NCBI GenBank assembly: GCA_032718475.1
Contig: JAUCBJ010002504.1
Span: 1-34,657, forward strand
Length of the DNA: 34,657 bases
Origin: Nemertoderma westbladi
Taxonomy: Eukaryota; Animalia; Xenacoelomorpha
Reading direction: 5' to 3'
The notes beneath the pieces are model-generated. The model worked only from the letters and a program-made list of their open reading frames with translations, did not search any database and was not told the origin of the DNA. Within the stretch, counting starts at the first letter, position 1. The number at the start of each line of letters is the position of its first letter. The translations under genes and the position numbers were made by a program. Below, piece after piece: positions 21,704 to 33,652 of this stretch.

Positions 21704-22292
21704 TCTGTCAAGGTAACTCCAAAAGGAGAAACAAAAGAAACAGGAGTAGCACATGTGGATTCTAGAACGCAAATTACGTCAGCGGAGGGCAAAACAGCTG
21801 TAACTGAACCGGTAGCAGCTGACGCGGTTATCGATGACACGTCCGTCGTAGTGAACAAAGGGTTTCCGGCACGGAAGAAGATAACATCTCGAAAGAGTTC
21901 CGCCGACGGAAAGCCGGAGAGCATACCGGATGAGTTACAGAAAACTCTGAGAGTGAAAAGTTTCATTCGGGACGACGTAAGCAGTCCACAGGAGGATGGA
22001 GGTTCGCAAACAGCCGCTCCATTCCGCGCAAAATCCTTCAAGGGATCCTCCAAACATTACAGTAAAGAAGATCGGGAGGAAACAACGAAGAAAGATGCCA
22101 AAAAGGTGGATAGCGGGAATAGCGAGCCGGTTGATGACTTCTCTCGCGGTGACTCGGTTAGCGAAGAGCTAGCGTGGCCACCTAAGTTTCAGTCTACCGA
22201 AGCGAAAATCGTCGAAATTAAAATGCCTGGGGATCGGCCACACCAACCTGAAAGGGACGGGAAACTGATTCCATCCCAGAACATTTCAGTGG
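21704..22292 (+). CDS. Host gene large exon, S/K/E/D-rich, probably disordered
   Basis: TACGCAG acceptor, G|GTGAGT donor, 196 open codons. Confidence 0.85.
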
Positions 22293-22532
22293 GTGAGTGG
22301 AAATCCCGTTTATTATACTGAGTTGTTAAGGGTTCATCTGACAAAATACGACTTGTTATTACAGGAACATATTTTTTTTTAATGTCAAGAAACAATTATT
22401 TAGGCTATACGGTATTTTGACTTTCGATACGATACCGTCGGTCACTGCCTACATCTTTCAGTTTTAAAACAACCTATATTATGTAGTGGTGTGGCACAAA
22501 ATAATCAATATAATTATGTTTAAATTTTCTAG

Positions 22533-22712
22533 CTGAAAGAAACCACAACCGTAAGATGGTGAGTCGGCATTCTTCGGGAGTCGGGAGCGAGATAACGACC
22601 AGTAGCGTTCGTCAGTCGTTACATAAAGTCAATCTAGAGGTGACTGCTCCGTCGGAAAGGGATAAAATAATACATCCTAGTCTCGTCTCATTAGGTGATA
22701 GGGTACCCAAAG
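22533..22712 (+). CDS. Host gene exon (AERNHNRKMVSRH...DRVPK)
   Basis: TTTTCTAG acceptor, AAG|GTAATA donor, phase 1-1. Confidence 0.75.
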
Positions 22713-22746
22713 GTAATAATAATAATGAGTTTATTGGTACTCGTAC

Positions 22747-23266
22747 ACACCATGTTCTAGAACAGTTTGTTTATCTCAAGTAACTGGGCAACAATGCAAT
22801 GCCTAAATGATAATACTAGTATATGGATATTCATTCATAAACAAAATGTTCTAGAACATTGAGTATTAATTTAATAGAATAAATGGCCTGCAGCGGAAGC
22901 AAATACATGCAAAATTCGAATGCCAATATCTCGGCTATTTCTCAACCAAATTAAAATATTTTATACATTTCTGGAATCCTTGCATGGTCAGCTTTCTATT
23001 AATACTAACTAATCACTATATATAAGGTTGAAGAATATCTGCGGTTGTAGCTGGTGTAATATCGCTGGAGACACTTTTTTTAAACGCTTGTAGCTAAAGA
23101 TTGAAAGCAAAAATAAAAATTCTGGCTCACCCAGTCAGTGGTCGGGAGGTGAAACTATCTCTGTTTCAAATTTCATGCAATCTCATTACGATTTATAAAA
23201 AAATTAGGGGGGGGGGGGGGGGTGGGGGTACCTGAATTACGACACTATATTCTGGGACATGGTGTA
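22747..23266. mobile_element. Degenerate Tc1/mariner-like non-autonomous element
   Basis: Imperfect TIRs ACACCATGTTCTAGAA and TTCTGGGACATGGTGT, TA at the right end. Confidence 0.45.
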
Positions 23267-23629
23267 TTAACTGAGTTGTCTCAGTTTATTTTACATCTAT
23301 TTATAATTAATTGTAGAAGTGTGTTTTTGTAACGCTAATCTGGGATAACATAAGGAAAATGAATTATCGCTTCACATTCTTCGATAACTTTATCACAATA
23401 ACAGTGTACTTTTATGGTGCTGACGTTTTCACTTAAAGTTAATAACTTTTACCACTTGTGGTAAACGCTTTACCACTCGTGGAAATGTATTTCTTATCCA
23501 AAACAATTTCATATAATTTAATATATTTATAACAGGAAACCACCATTAGATTATGGTAAAAACTTAAGTTTATCATTTATGGTGATAACTTAAATTTCTA
23601 CAAATATTTTGTTTGATTTTGTGTTTCAG

Positions 23630-23770
23630 AAACGATAGACCTCCGCACTCGAGTAACGAGTAGGAAGTCTTCGTATAGGACGTCGATAGTAACTGGCGGG
23701 ATACCCAGATCCTCGTCTCCCAGTGAGCTGAGTAGCGACGAATTAGATAACGAAGAATCCCAGAACTACG
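23630..23770 (+). CDS. Host gene exon (ETIDLRTR...ESQNY)
   Basis: GTTTCAG acceptor, CG|GTGAGT donor, phase 1-1. Confidence 0.85.
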
Positions 23771-24401
23771 GTGAGTTTATAGTAGAATGTTCAGGTTTCC
23801 TAGAGGGTTGATCGGATCATATTAATACTTACTGTACTTACACTTTACTTTACATTATTACTTCGGAAGTTAATAATATTTTTAATGGCGAATTTCTTAT
23901 TGTTCACCTTTGACCAGGATGTTTTAAGAAATTTTCTTATAGAGTTTGTGAATCTTATGTTATAGTAGGTTAGGCTTAGGAGATAGAAAAAATTAAAAAT
24001 AAATTACTATTAGTAAAAAAAGTAACTTACTTAAGAAGTATTGGAATTATGCTGTTATAATAATTTTTATTAGTATTGTTCCGAATATCATTCGAATAAT
24101 TTCATATTATTGTCAACACTATTCTACAAACCTATTTTTAGTGTTTCCATAACAACTGCAAAATAAAGTTCAAGTTTCCTGCAACCAAAATTAAGTTTAC
24201 TTTTATTGCATCAGATTGACATCAAAACCACGAGAAATTTGATTCACATTAAAAAAAATGCGTGTCAAATTGTGTGGTGGACGTGGAACACCCTGTCCCT
24301 GTATTTTACATAATATAATGGCGCTATAGATGATCGTAAAAGAAAGGAAATGATCTCCAGTGTAAAGTAAACATGTTCATGTTTATTGAGCGTTGAGACA
24401 T

Positions 24402-24698
24402 TGACAGGTGGTATAGTACCATAGAGCTCGGCGTTTGTCATGTGTTGTCGTTGTCTCCAGCTGATGTTTCGGGCTGCCCTTAGTTTTGCTTGCTAATTAC
24501 TTTGCTTTCCTAACTGTATGTCGACAACCTTCCTTAGTTGATTATAATCAATGGTTGTCAAGTTTCCATGAACATTAAAGGTCATGAATTCGGTCTTTGT
24601 AGCATTTATATGCAATCCAACCTCCTTAGCAGCCCTCTCCACTTTATTTAGTAGAAGCTGTGCATCTGCTAGCGTATTAGAGAGCAGGGCGATGTCAT
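24402..24698 (-). mobile_element. Internally deleted fragment of the same RTE family as 9398-12988
   Basis: Near-identical blocks matching ~9657-9735, ~9907-9922 and ~9976-10147. Confidence 0.9.
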
Positions 24699-24768
24699 AT
24701 GTTATATTAATTCAGCTCTATAATTAATTGATAATTAGGTGTATTAATATTATTCTTTACTTACGCAG

Positions 24769-24924
24769 CCGACTTAGAATGGAAGATGGATTTTAATGAG
24801 AACGTCGAATTGAAACTTCTGGAAGAAGAACGTGCAGCCGAAGCCGAAGAATCACATATTGTATTAGATGAGATTTACAGCAGGAAGTTAAAGATGGTCA
24901 TTATAGAAATTCTTCGATCTGAAG
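24769..24924 (+). CDS. Host gene exon (ADLEWKMDF...ILRSE)
   Basis: TACGCAG acceptor, AAG|GTGAGA donor, phase 1-1. Confidence 0.85.
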
Positions 24925-25474
24925 GTGAGACACATTAATATAAATAGTAGGAAACCAACATAGACTATTAGACTACCTTATAGAATTCTAAATATAAGTG
25001 AACCTTGAGATTCCGTTTTATTCTATGGGACTTACATACAAATCTCGGACAGATTCAATGCTTCTCACTTATCTGACTTGGATCTGCGATCCCAATTAGC
25101 AGAGTCATCGATATGCTCAAGCACATCATCCTTTATTGAGCTTATGCTTATCCAACCAGACGTTTCCTGAGGACTTTTAAAGTTAACTGTTCAATAATAA
25201 TAAATCTAAAAACCTACCAAATCTTCTCGCACACAATTTAGCGTATTTGTACCACTCATGCCATGGAGTTTTCAGTTTAGGCCTATATCGAATGTCACAA
25301 GTAAACTAGCTGTACCTACTGTAAGTAGGCCTGTGTAATAGTAATTCTTTCCATTTTCCTTGTAAATGTTAACTAAAATAACACTCACAATCTAAATAAT
25401 AAAATTTTTTAGATTTTTTCTAGATTTTTTTAGATTTTTTCCGACGTTGAATTCCAATGTTTTATTTACTGTAG

Positions 25475-25618
25475 ATCCCGACAATATGAGCCTCTCAGAG
25501 ACGGCCGGTTTACTTAAAGGACTTTCCGGAATAATTCCTAAAATGTCGGCGATGACGGAACAATCGACATTGTTTTACGACGGAGCAAAGAAAGACGAGA
25601 TTCCTATCTTCTTCAGAG
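25475..25618 (+). CDS. Host gene exon (DPDNMSL...IPIFFR)
   Basis: ACTGTAG acceptor, GAG|GTAAGT donor, phase 1-1. Confidence 0.85.
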
Positions 25619-25759
25619 GTAAGTTACTTTCACTTTCACGGTGATTGTTAATAAATATGTAACCAGGGGATAAGTAGTAAGTTCACTCAAGTACAGTAGT
25701 ACAGTTGTAGTATACTCACTGTAGCTTATATAGTCATTCTGAAACTTTAAGGAAACTTT

Positions 25760-26107
25760 TAGATCCCGAACAACCGGGATCCCGACGAAAAATGCAATCC
25801 CGATCCCGATCCTGACTTTTTTGGAACGGGATCCCGAAGTATAAATAGTTAAGTAAATTTGTTGAATATCTGACAAATAGTTCCAGCAGAAAGGAATTGT
25901 TTTGATTATATCGAATATTTCTAACATTTCAGAAGTCAATTGTGTAAAATAAAGTGAGTGTTACCCAAAACCCGCCTCATATACTATTAACTTTGAGGAA
26001 TTTAATCCAAAATTGCAATCCCGATGCCGAAAAACGGGATCCCGAGAGTAATAATCCCGGTTCCGATCCCGGAAATCCCGAAAAGTCTGATCCCGTTTAA
26101 AAACTAG
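25760..26107. mobile_element. DNA-transposon remnant with ATCCCG subterminal repeats (hAT-like)
   Basis: Two clusters of ATCCCG/CGGGAT motifs at 25762-25836 and 26018-26095; no complete TIR pair found. Confidence 0.5.
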
Positions 26108-26581
26108 TGTAGAGTAATTTCGTCAGTGACTTAAAGTTCTGGATGGTCGTACTGTATGACACATAATGTATTATTATACACTTGTATTATTACATAATAA
26201 TAGGCTATAATGAGTTGACATAACAACGGTATATCGGTATACGGAGAATTGGCAGCTGTAGGCTACTGTAGCTTCAAATATTCATTCTAAGTTACATAAA
26301 TATGATGGCTTTCCAAGTTACTACGGTGAAGATAAAACTATTAATTGACCACAGTCACTCGTAATAAGCGCAATGAATTACTGACTGAAAATTGGAACCT
26401 CAACCTAGGAAACCAATAATGTTGTACAACATTTCAGCTTATTACAAACCGCCTCTCCACTCTGCCTCTCTATTATTATCTTCATATCACATTGAACTGT
26501 TAAAAATACGGTCAGTATTTAATATTTATATTAAATTTAGGATTTACCATAAATAATAAACCTTTTTTTATTTTTCATTAG

Positions 26582-26731
26582 ATTTACTTCGTGGGAGTTA
26601 CGTTTTGGCTCCAAAGGACGAAGTTATTCAAGTCGGCGGGACGATTGATATGGGAGAGAGAGAAGTTTACAACGATTTGAGAGCCGCCTACAGTAAATTC
26701 ATGGCTGAGAATATTATGAAAGCCGAAACAA
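26582..26731 (+). CDS. Host gene exon (DLLRGSYVLAP...MKAET)
   Basis: TTTCATTAG acceptor, AA|GTAAGT donor, phase 1-1. Confidence 0.85.
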
Positions 26732-27927
26732 GTAAGTTTATATCAACGACAATTTAGGAATTTTAAATGCCGATTATATATATAATATAGACTAATAATT
26801 GCCGGTGCTTGTATTTTGGAAAGTTTCTCTACCTATTATATACAATGTCGGGTACTGTATGTAGGTCTGGGAATATAATTAAATATTTATTGCATAATTA
26901 AAGAAGTCACCGCAATCATACAACGATATATCCATCATAACTAATACGTAGGTAGGCCTATACTGTACACAGTGGTACAGTATACAGCTACTGTCAGCAA
27001 ATATTGCTCTGCTAAATTTAACAAATAAAAGGATAGATTTTTACAGATTTTATTTGGAACTAAACTTGAGAGTAGATTGAGCCAGGAGAGGGTCTCTTTA
27101 GGGAGTAGAGTCCCAGGGCCTTAAGAGTGAATATTTTCTTTCAAGTCTGGGTATAAATACCTCATCGGCTCTGATGTAATTCCTGCAATAATTGTCGCCG
27201 AATCGGTCTTGCATTTACAAAATCTCATCAGACGCCCCGGATTATCCCTCACTTATCCTTTTTTGTACCAGAGTGTTGGTTCATAATGGTAGACGATTGT
27301 AATCATCTCCGGAATCAATAAAAAAAAACAGGTGGTGCAACAATGGTTCGCAGCTCTATAAATGTTAACGGCAATACGAATATAATTAATACACCGCGTA
27401 TGATGTGATGTAACCACGACAACGACATTCATGTACCGTTATTAATCATATAGAATATAATATTCAAAGGAAGAAGCCTCATTGCCAATGTAATTGCTAT
27501 CATTCAAATTACCTTTCAGTTGTAACTGTAAAGTTGTTAATGCCACAGGGCCTCTCATAAATGGTGTTAGAGTTTATACTGAGGGATTCGTCGTAATTTA
27601 ACAGAGGGATGGGTAGATTGCAAAATTTAGATGTCCGATTTTTGATGTTGTTTGTAGATGATATGGTGAAGAGGAAACTCCCTCGACTTGGGGGGCTTTT
27701 CTATCCGTCTATGGTTACTATTTAACTACTTTAGATAAACTGTGTTGTATTTATATTTTGTTTATTTAACCTCCTAAACTTTGGACTACCGGAACGGGGG
27801 GACAAGGTTGTCCGAAAGTCCTCGAACTTTCTTTATGAGTAGTCTACTGTAGGACCCTAACTGTCTTAAATAAATAATATGATTAAGTTTGTAAGATTTA
27901 CCACGATTCTGATATTCTGTGATTAAG

Positions 27928-28119
27928 TCATGGCGCCTTTCATTGGTGGTCCCAAATCCGCCAAAAGAAACACAAACATTGATGAGTATAAAAAACAAAG
28001 GAACACATTCATGTTGTTGAGAAGTCATATGAATAAAATAGCGAATTCAAAGCGCAATAGCTTTAATGATTGGCAGAGAGACCTTAACGAACTCGCATCA
28101 AGGGCATTCCTCCTACCAG
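27928..28119 (+). CDS. Host gene exon (MAPFIGGPK...RAFLLP)
   Basis: Weak AAG acceptor forced by an in-frame stop just upstream; CAG|GTAATG donor; phase 1-1. Confidence 0.65.
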
Positions 28120-28531
28120 GTAATGTCAAGCAAACTGAAACATATTCCTTTATTAATTATTAATATTAAACTAAAAAATAATTCATCCATTGTGAAGAAT
28201 ACCAGAATTTTTTCACATTAGGCCTACTCTATTTTTAGTAAAATTAAATTAATATTTCGTAACCAAAGAGCCAGAACAACACTCACCAAAAAATGTAGTT
28301 TCGAGAAAAATGCAAAAAACCTTCTCATTTCCCTCTATATGGATCCCGTCTCCTAATTTTTTCGACAGAGGTCTAGGAAGATACAGTGATACATTTTATA
28401 ATAGTGGCTAGCATTCAGAATAAATTGTGTTAATGAAAATACTGTTTTTTTCGTTATTTTCCAAAGAGACAAAACAACACATACTGAAATTTAACATTAA
28501 CTCTAGTCTGTGTGTGTTGTTTTACCTCTAG

Positions 28532-28594
28532 GATTTTATCACAGAAACAGAACAACTCACGTCATTCCTCGACTATTGAATGGTGTTTTTCCTG
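28532..28594 (+). CDS. Host gene small exon (GFYHRNRTTHVIPRLLNGVFP)
   Basis: CCTCTAG acceptor, CTG|GTAAAG donor, phase 1-1. Confidence 0.6.
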
Positions 28595-29453
28595 GTAAAG
28601 CATGATAGATATTTAAATGTCGCGTCGGACTTACGCACATTACATTTCCATGCTGCGCTATTGGATCTTTTAAGCCCCTTGCCAGTATTCCTCATATGTT
28701 TCCCTATGACGTCATTGCTATACCTAGGTAAATTTGGACTAGGATCATCCGCATCGTCACTATAACTAGATGGTGGAATGTAATTTAACTCTGTAAACTT
28801 CAAGTCATCAACATACTCCATTTGTACATTGTCATCACCTGCTGGTGAATTCTCAATTGAGCGCATTTAAATGGAAATTTCTATAAATAGCCCTACTCCG
28901 ATAATAACTCATTTGAAAGCAAGTAATTATATTAACTTAGATTTATCAATACTAATATTATTTAAAAATCAAATAGATTATGACAAAAGTATCATTTTCG
29001 ATGACTTGTTTTTTGGCCGTAAAAGCTCATCATCAGATCCTATAAACGACATTACTGTACCGGTAATCTACATTAGCGCTTAACTCGCGTCAGTTAGTGT
29101 GGAATAGTCCATATTAATCAACTTAATTTAAATACATATTCCAGAAAAATTTGGCTTCTTTTGATTCGTTTATAATATACAGGAGTTGTCATACATTGCA
29201 TTGTGTGGTGTGGGTTCTTTTGCTTCGAAGAAGTGTTGTATGTGTTGCTTTACCTCTAACAGTTTTCAACTTTTATGTTGTGAGGGTTGGGTTGTTTCGA
29301 TTTTCCATATCTCCTAAACGGACTGACATAGAAGTCTAGGATTTTAACATAAGATGTAGAACGCCATCTTGAGTAATTTTGGTGAAATTTGTTTTTTTTT
29401 TAATTGTGGTATGTGTTGTTCTGGCTCTATGGTCACGATTTTATTTAATAGTA

Positions 29454-29818
29454 TCTAACCAAAACAATTAATGTAAGTTAAAAGAACATCATGTTTTGTT
29501 TTTGAGAGTAACCAGATCTAATTTGCCTCGAGTTTCCCATGGAGAGTAATGAATTCTAATCTGCAACTTTCCAATGAGATAGAACGTATAGGACTTGGGG
29601 GACTTTCAATGCAATTAAAATTAATCCCTCTCCAGGGGAAATCGACACAAATAACAGGTGATTAATCCCTGTTAAAACTGTAACCTGTTCTTCTGAGTTT
29701 TGTTTATTGTTTTGGTTAGAATATTGTGTCAATGTAAACTGCCCTTATCCCTTAATTGATAATTTATACATTGAGACGAAATGTTAGCCGAGATTTAGCA
29801 CCCCCCCCCCCCCCCCCC
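29454..29818. repeat. Copies 3 (partial, 29454-29547) and 4 (29626-29818) of the ~200-bp repeat, inverted relative to each other
   Basis: TCTAACCAAAACAAT...TTTCCCATGGAGAG, then CCCTCTCCAGGGGAAA...ATTGTTTTGGTTAGA...C-tract. Confidence 0.8.
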
Positions 29819-29982
29819 ACCACTCAAGTTTTCTTCATTATAATTAACAATACTCTCTATAGAATAATGAAGTGTAAATCTACTAGGTATATTTTTCGTT
29901 TTCGCGAAATATTATGTCTCTATGTCGTTTCCACAAATTACGAAACAATCGCGTCATGTATGGATAACACTATTTATCGCAG

Positions 29983-30087
29983 AAGATACAGATAGTTTAA
30001 AGGACGAAAAGGATCTGAATCGAGAACCATCGAGATGGTTCGGTCAGCACCGAGCCAGGAGCCCGGTTACCGGTACCGGTACTACAG
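29983..30087 (+). CDS. Host gene exon (EDTDSLKDEK...TGTT); alternative in-phase donor at 30171
   Basis: TATCGCAG acceptor, CAG|GTGAGG donor, phase 1-1. Confidence 0.7.
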
Positions 30088-31285
30088 GTGAGGCGGCAGG
30101 CAGAACCGTTAAAGAAGTGACAACAGACAGGAAGATTAGAAGACGAGTGAATCTCAGAAGTACAATTAAAGGTTATCGAGGATTGTCGATTTTCAACTTT
30201 TACAGTACTTCAAATTTAACACATCTTTCTGCACTCTTTTCTTTTTTTCATCGCAATTATTTACTATCACAAAACTCTGAAACCGCTCTCTTATGTCAAT
30301 TTCACTGTTCCCAGTTTTCCAACTCTTTTCAAACCAACCCATATTCCCTTCAATTTGATGTAGGGTACTGTATCCATGCATCATACTTTATTAGCAAACT
30401 CCTGTTGCATGAGCCATGAGATATTCCGTTTATATGCTTCCAAAACTAATTTCTAATTTTCACCCAGTTCTTTTGGTAAAAGCTCTACTTGTGTGGAAAA
30501 ATTGTTAACGTGTTACAGTAGTAATAGAGCTGGAACTAAACTTATGGAGAATACGGTTGGTGCTTATGGCAGTATGGGTATTGCATGTTCGTTTTGTGTT
30601 CTTTCCTAAAATTAACGTAATATACTTTTATCGTTAACTTGCATGTACAGTTTAACTTGTATCCTAGTGGTACCGATGAAAAGATAATGATGCGACCGCG
30701 AAGATTTCAAGATTGGAGAGGGATTATATCTTGGGTTATTGAACAAATATAGATGCAGCCAAACTCAACCTAAAACACAGGGCGTTCACTGGTGTCTCAT
30801 GGGCATATCTTTGATTCGGTGATTAACGACTATCCTATCACGATGATTGGTCAACTATCACGAGGATTAACGATAATTTGCTGGGTCCGCCGGCACCGTA
30901 TCTCGTGCAAGTCGACCATCATTGTCACGGTGATTGCTGTACGGGGGGGTTGACTTAGCGTGCGCTATGTACCGCTTTCTCGCATCCGGCGGTCCAGAGG
31001 ATAAAAAATTAATTCCAGCTTTAATTTGTTCGAAATGGTGTCACAGGGATACATATTTTAATGAAGACCTGTTATTCTTTAGAAATACTGTATAACAGCA
31101 GAAAGTCTTGTATACTACACGTGGGCCATGATTATTGATGCCGATTCAATTTGAATAATTTGAATTTAGTGTCTGCTTCATCGATTTATCATCCACCTAA
31201 TCATGTTTTCCCTTTTTAGTCCTGCAAGTCAAAACCGAAGTGATGAGCACATTCCAAAGAATATGAAAATTTCACTCCACACTAA

Positions 31286-31655
31286 AGGCCTGTTTACACG
31301 TGGCAACATTTAGAGCAACTTGTAGAGCAACCCAGGTTGCCGATCAAGTTGCTCCGTGTAAACACGTAAAAAAGTTGCTGTAAAAGTTGCTCAACTTTAA
31401 CTTTTACGGCAACTTGAAGGAATTTGCGTTGGCGAATAAAGCGGGATAATCAGATTTAATTATCAAACTAGCTAGTAAATAAAATGACCCACTATTTTAC
31501 AGTCAAACTAGCCACGTTGCTATAAAAGTTGCCGGCCAAGTTGCTGGTAAAGTTGCCACGTGTAAACAGCGATTAAATTAAGTTGCTCTAAAAAAAAGTT
31601 GCTTTTATAGTTGCCGAGAAAGTTACTCTAAAAGTTGCCACGTGTAAACAGGCCT
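31286..31655. mobile_element. PIF/Harbinger-type MITE
   Basis: ~36-bp TIRs AGGCCTGTTTACACGTGGCAAC..., TAA on both sides (31283-31285, 31656-31658), internal GCAACT/AGTTGC repeats. Confidence 0.88.
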
Positions 31656-31791
31656 TAAGTATGATAGATAATAAAGTATTCAACATGGGTACAACTATTT
31701 TTCAGTGTGCTCCCCCCCCCCCCCCCCCCCCCCTCCCCCAGACTTTATTACTGTAGACCTATACCGGTACCTCATAATATCTTGCTTTTAG

Positions 31792-32004
31792 ATATGCGAC
31801 GTAAAGCAGAATTGATTGCGGCTGCGATACTGAAACAACCGTGGGCGGGCGTTGACCTCGCAATGGACGCGAAGGTGGCTGCGAGGCTGTGGGGGTCTAC
31901 GTTGGGGGCGATGGCCTTCGGGGACGGAGAGGATGAGTGGGAGGAGTACCTGGATCCAACCACCGGCGAGATAAAACAGAGGAGGAAAGCCAGAGCTATG
32001 CCGA
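31792..32004 (+). CDS. Host gene exon (DMRRKAELIAAAILKQPW...DPTTGEIK...AMP)
   Basis: CTTTTAG acceptor, GA|GTAAGT donor, phase 1-1. Confidence 0.88.
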
Positions 32005-32409
32005 GTAAGTAGGCCTACTGGTAACTAAACTATCGAAATATAGGTAAACATCGGGTAAATTTCTGTATCTAGAATTAATAATAATCCTTATCTTCTACCT
32101 GTTACGGTATCTTGTGAGGAGAGCGACAAAGCAAGACGGTTTAGCATAACAATTATTTTTTCAATATTCTCACCTTATGAACTTCGCTGGCGCTTGGGAA
32201 ATAAATACCTCGGGACTATTGAAATTAGTTCTACTTTATTTTCAAAGTGATAAATAATAATTATTATTATTGGTCCCTGCTATAGGGCACCTTTTGAACC
32301 CGCTATTTCATCGCCATTTTTAATCAGATGTTGACCTACCATGACCTACTATAGTAGGTCAGGGACCTACAAATACCGGAAAATAAAATGTTTAAATTTA
32401 TCAAAGTCT

Positions 32410-33180
32410 GAGCTCAACGTTTGGCTGCCTTTGATGTGAGCTCAGCGTATGGCAGCCTTTGCTGTGGGCTCAGCGTTTCGTAGCCTTTGCTGTGAGTTCA
32501 GCGTTTGGCAGCATTTTCTGTGAGCTCAGCGTTTGGCAGCCTTTGTTGTGAGCTCAGAGTTTGGCAGTCTTTGCTTTGGGCGCAGCGATTGGCAGCCTTT
32601 GCTGTGAGCTCATCGTTTAGTAGCCTTTGTTGAGTGATCAGCGCTTGGCAACCTTTGTTGAGAGCACAGCGCTTGGCTACCTTTGTTGAGTGCTCAGCGC
32701 TTAGCTACCATTGTTGTGGGCTCAGAGTTTGGCAGCCTTTCTTGTGAGCTCAGCGTTTGGCACCCTTTGCTGTGAGCTCAGCGTTTCGTAGCCTTTGCTG
32801 TGAGCTCAGCGTTTGGAAGCCTTTGCTGCTGTGAGCTCAGTGTTTGGCAGCCTTTGCTGTGAGCTCAGAGTTTGGCAGTCTTTGCTTTGGGCGCAGCGAT
32901 TGGCAGCCTTTGCTGTGAGCTCATCGTTTAGTAGCCTTTGTTGAGTGCTCAGCGCTTGGCAACCTTTGTTGAGAGCACAGCGCTTGGCTACCTTTGTTGA
33001 GTGCTCAGCGCTTAGCTACCATTGTTTTGGGCTGAGAGTTTGGCAGCCTTTCTTGTGAGCTCAGCGTTTGGCACCCTTTGCTGTGAGCTCAGCGTTTCGT
33101 AGCCTTTGCTGTGAGCTGAGCGTTTGGCAGCCTTTGTTGTGAGCTCAGCGTTTGGAAGCCTTTGGTGTGAGCCCAACGCT
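32410..33180. repeat. 28-bp minisatellite GAGCTCAGCGTTTGGCAGCCTTTGCTGT, about 27 units
   Basis: Tandem units read directly, with a higher-order block duplication. Confidence 0.95.
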
Positions 33181-33516
33181 TCACACCCTCTTCTGAGACG
33201 AAAAAACAGTTTTGTATTTTATTGTTAAGATTCATTAATAATTATGTAATTTATATAATCGTAATATTAAGTCGTTTGACTTAACCAACAAGCTACTTAT
33301 AAGGGTGGAGTCTAAGCGCTCAATGTAGTGTAGTAATTTATTAGTTAAGTCAAACCTGCTGAACTGTCAAGGTGCAACATAAATTAAATAAATTTATTCA
33401 GGGCAGAATATTTATGGCCAATTTTCAATGTTTCCCCGATGGTACCATTTAATTCCTGTATAACAGCCGCATTGATATTATTATTCCAAGAACTTTTAAT
33501 AAATTTATCCTCTTAG

Positions 33517-33648
33517 AACTTGAAGTGTATACGGATCCCACAACCGGCAAACAATACATACGTACCGAAGGTGGAGAAGATCTGGAGGTGTTCACTGATC
33601 CGAGATCGGGGAAACTGTGCTTCCGTACAAAATCGGGGAAAATACACG
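33517..33648 (+). CDS. Host gene exon (LEVYTDPTTGKQYI...KIH); gene continues beyond the window
   Basis: CTCTTAG acceptor, CG|GTAAGT donor, phase 1-1. Confidence 0.88.
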
Positions 33649-33652
33649 GTAA

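Noticed and set aside
27658-27725. Extra or terminal exon NDMVKRKLPRLGG...
   Set aside because: Acceptor is plausible, but the donor phase does not fit the next exon; left unresolved.
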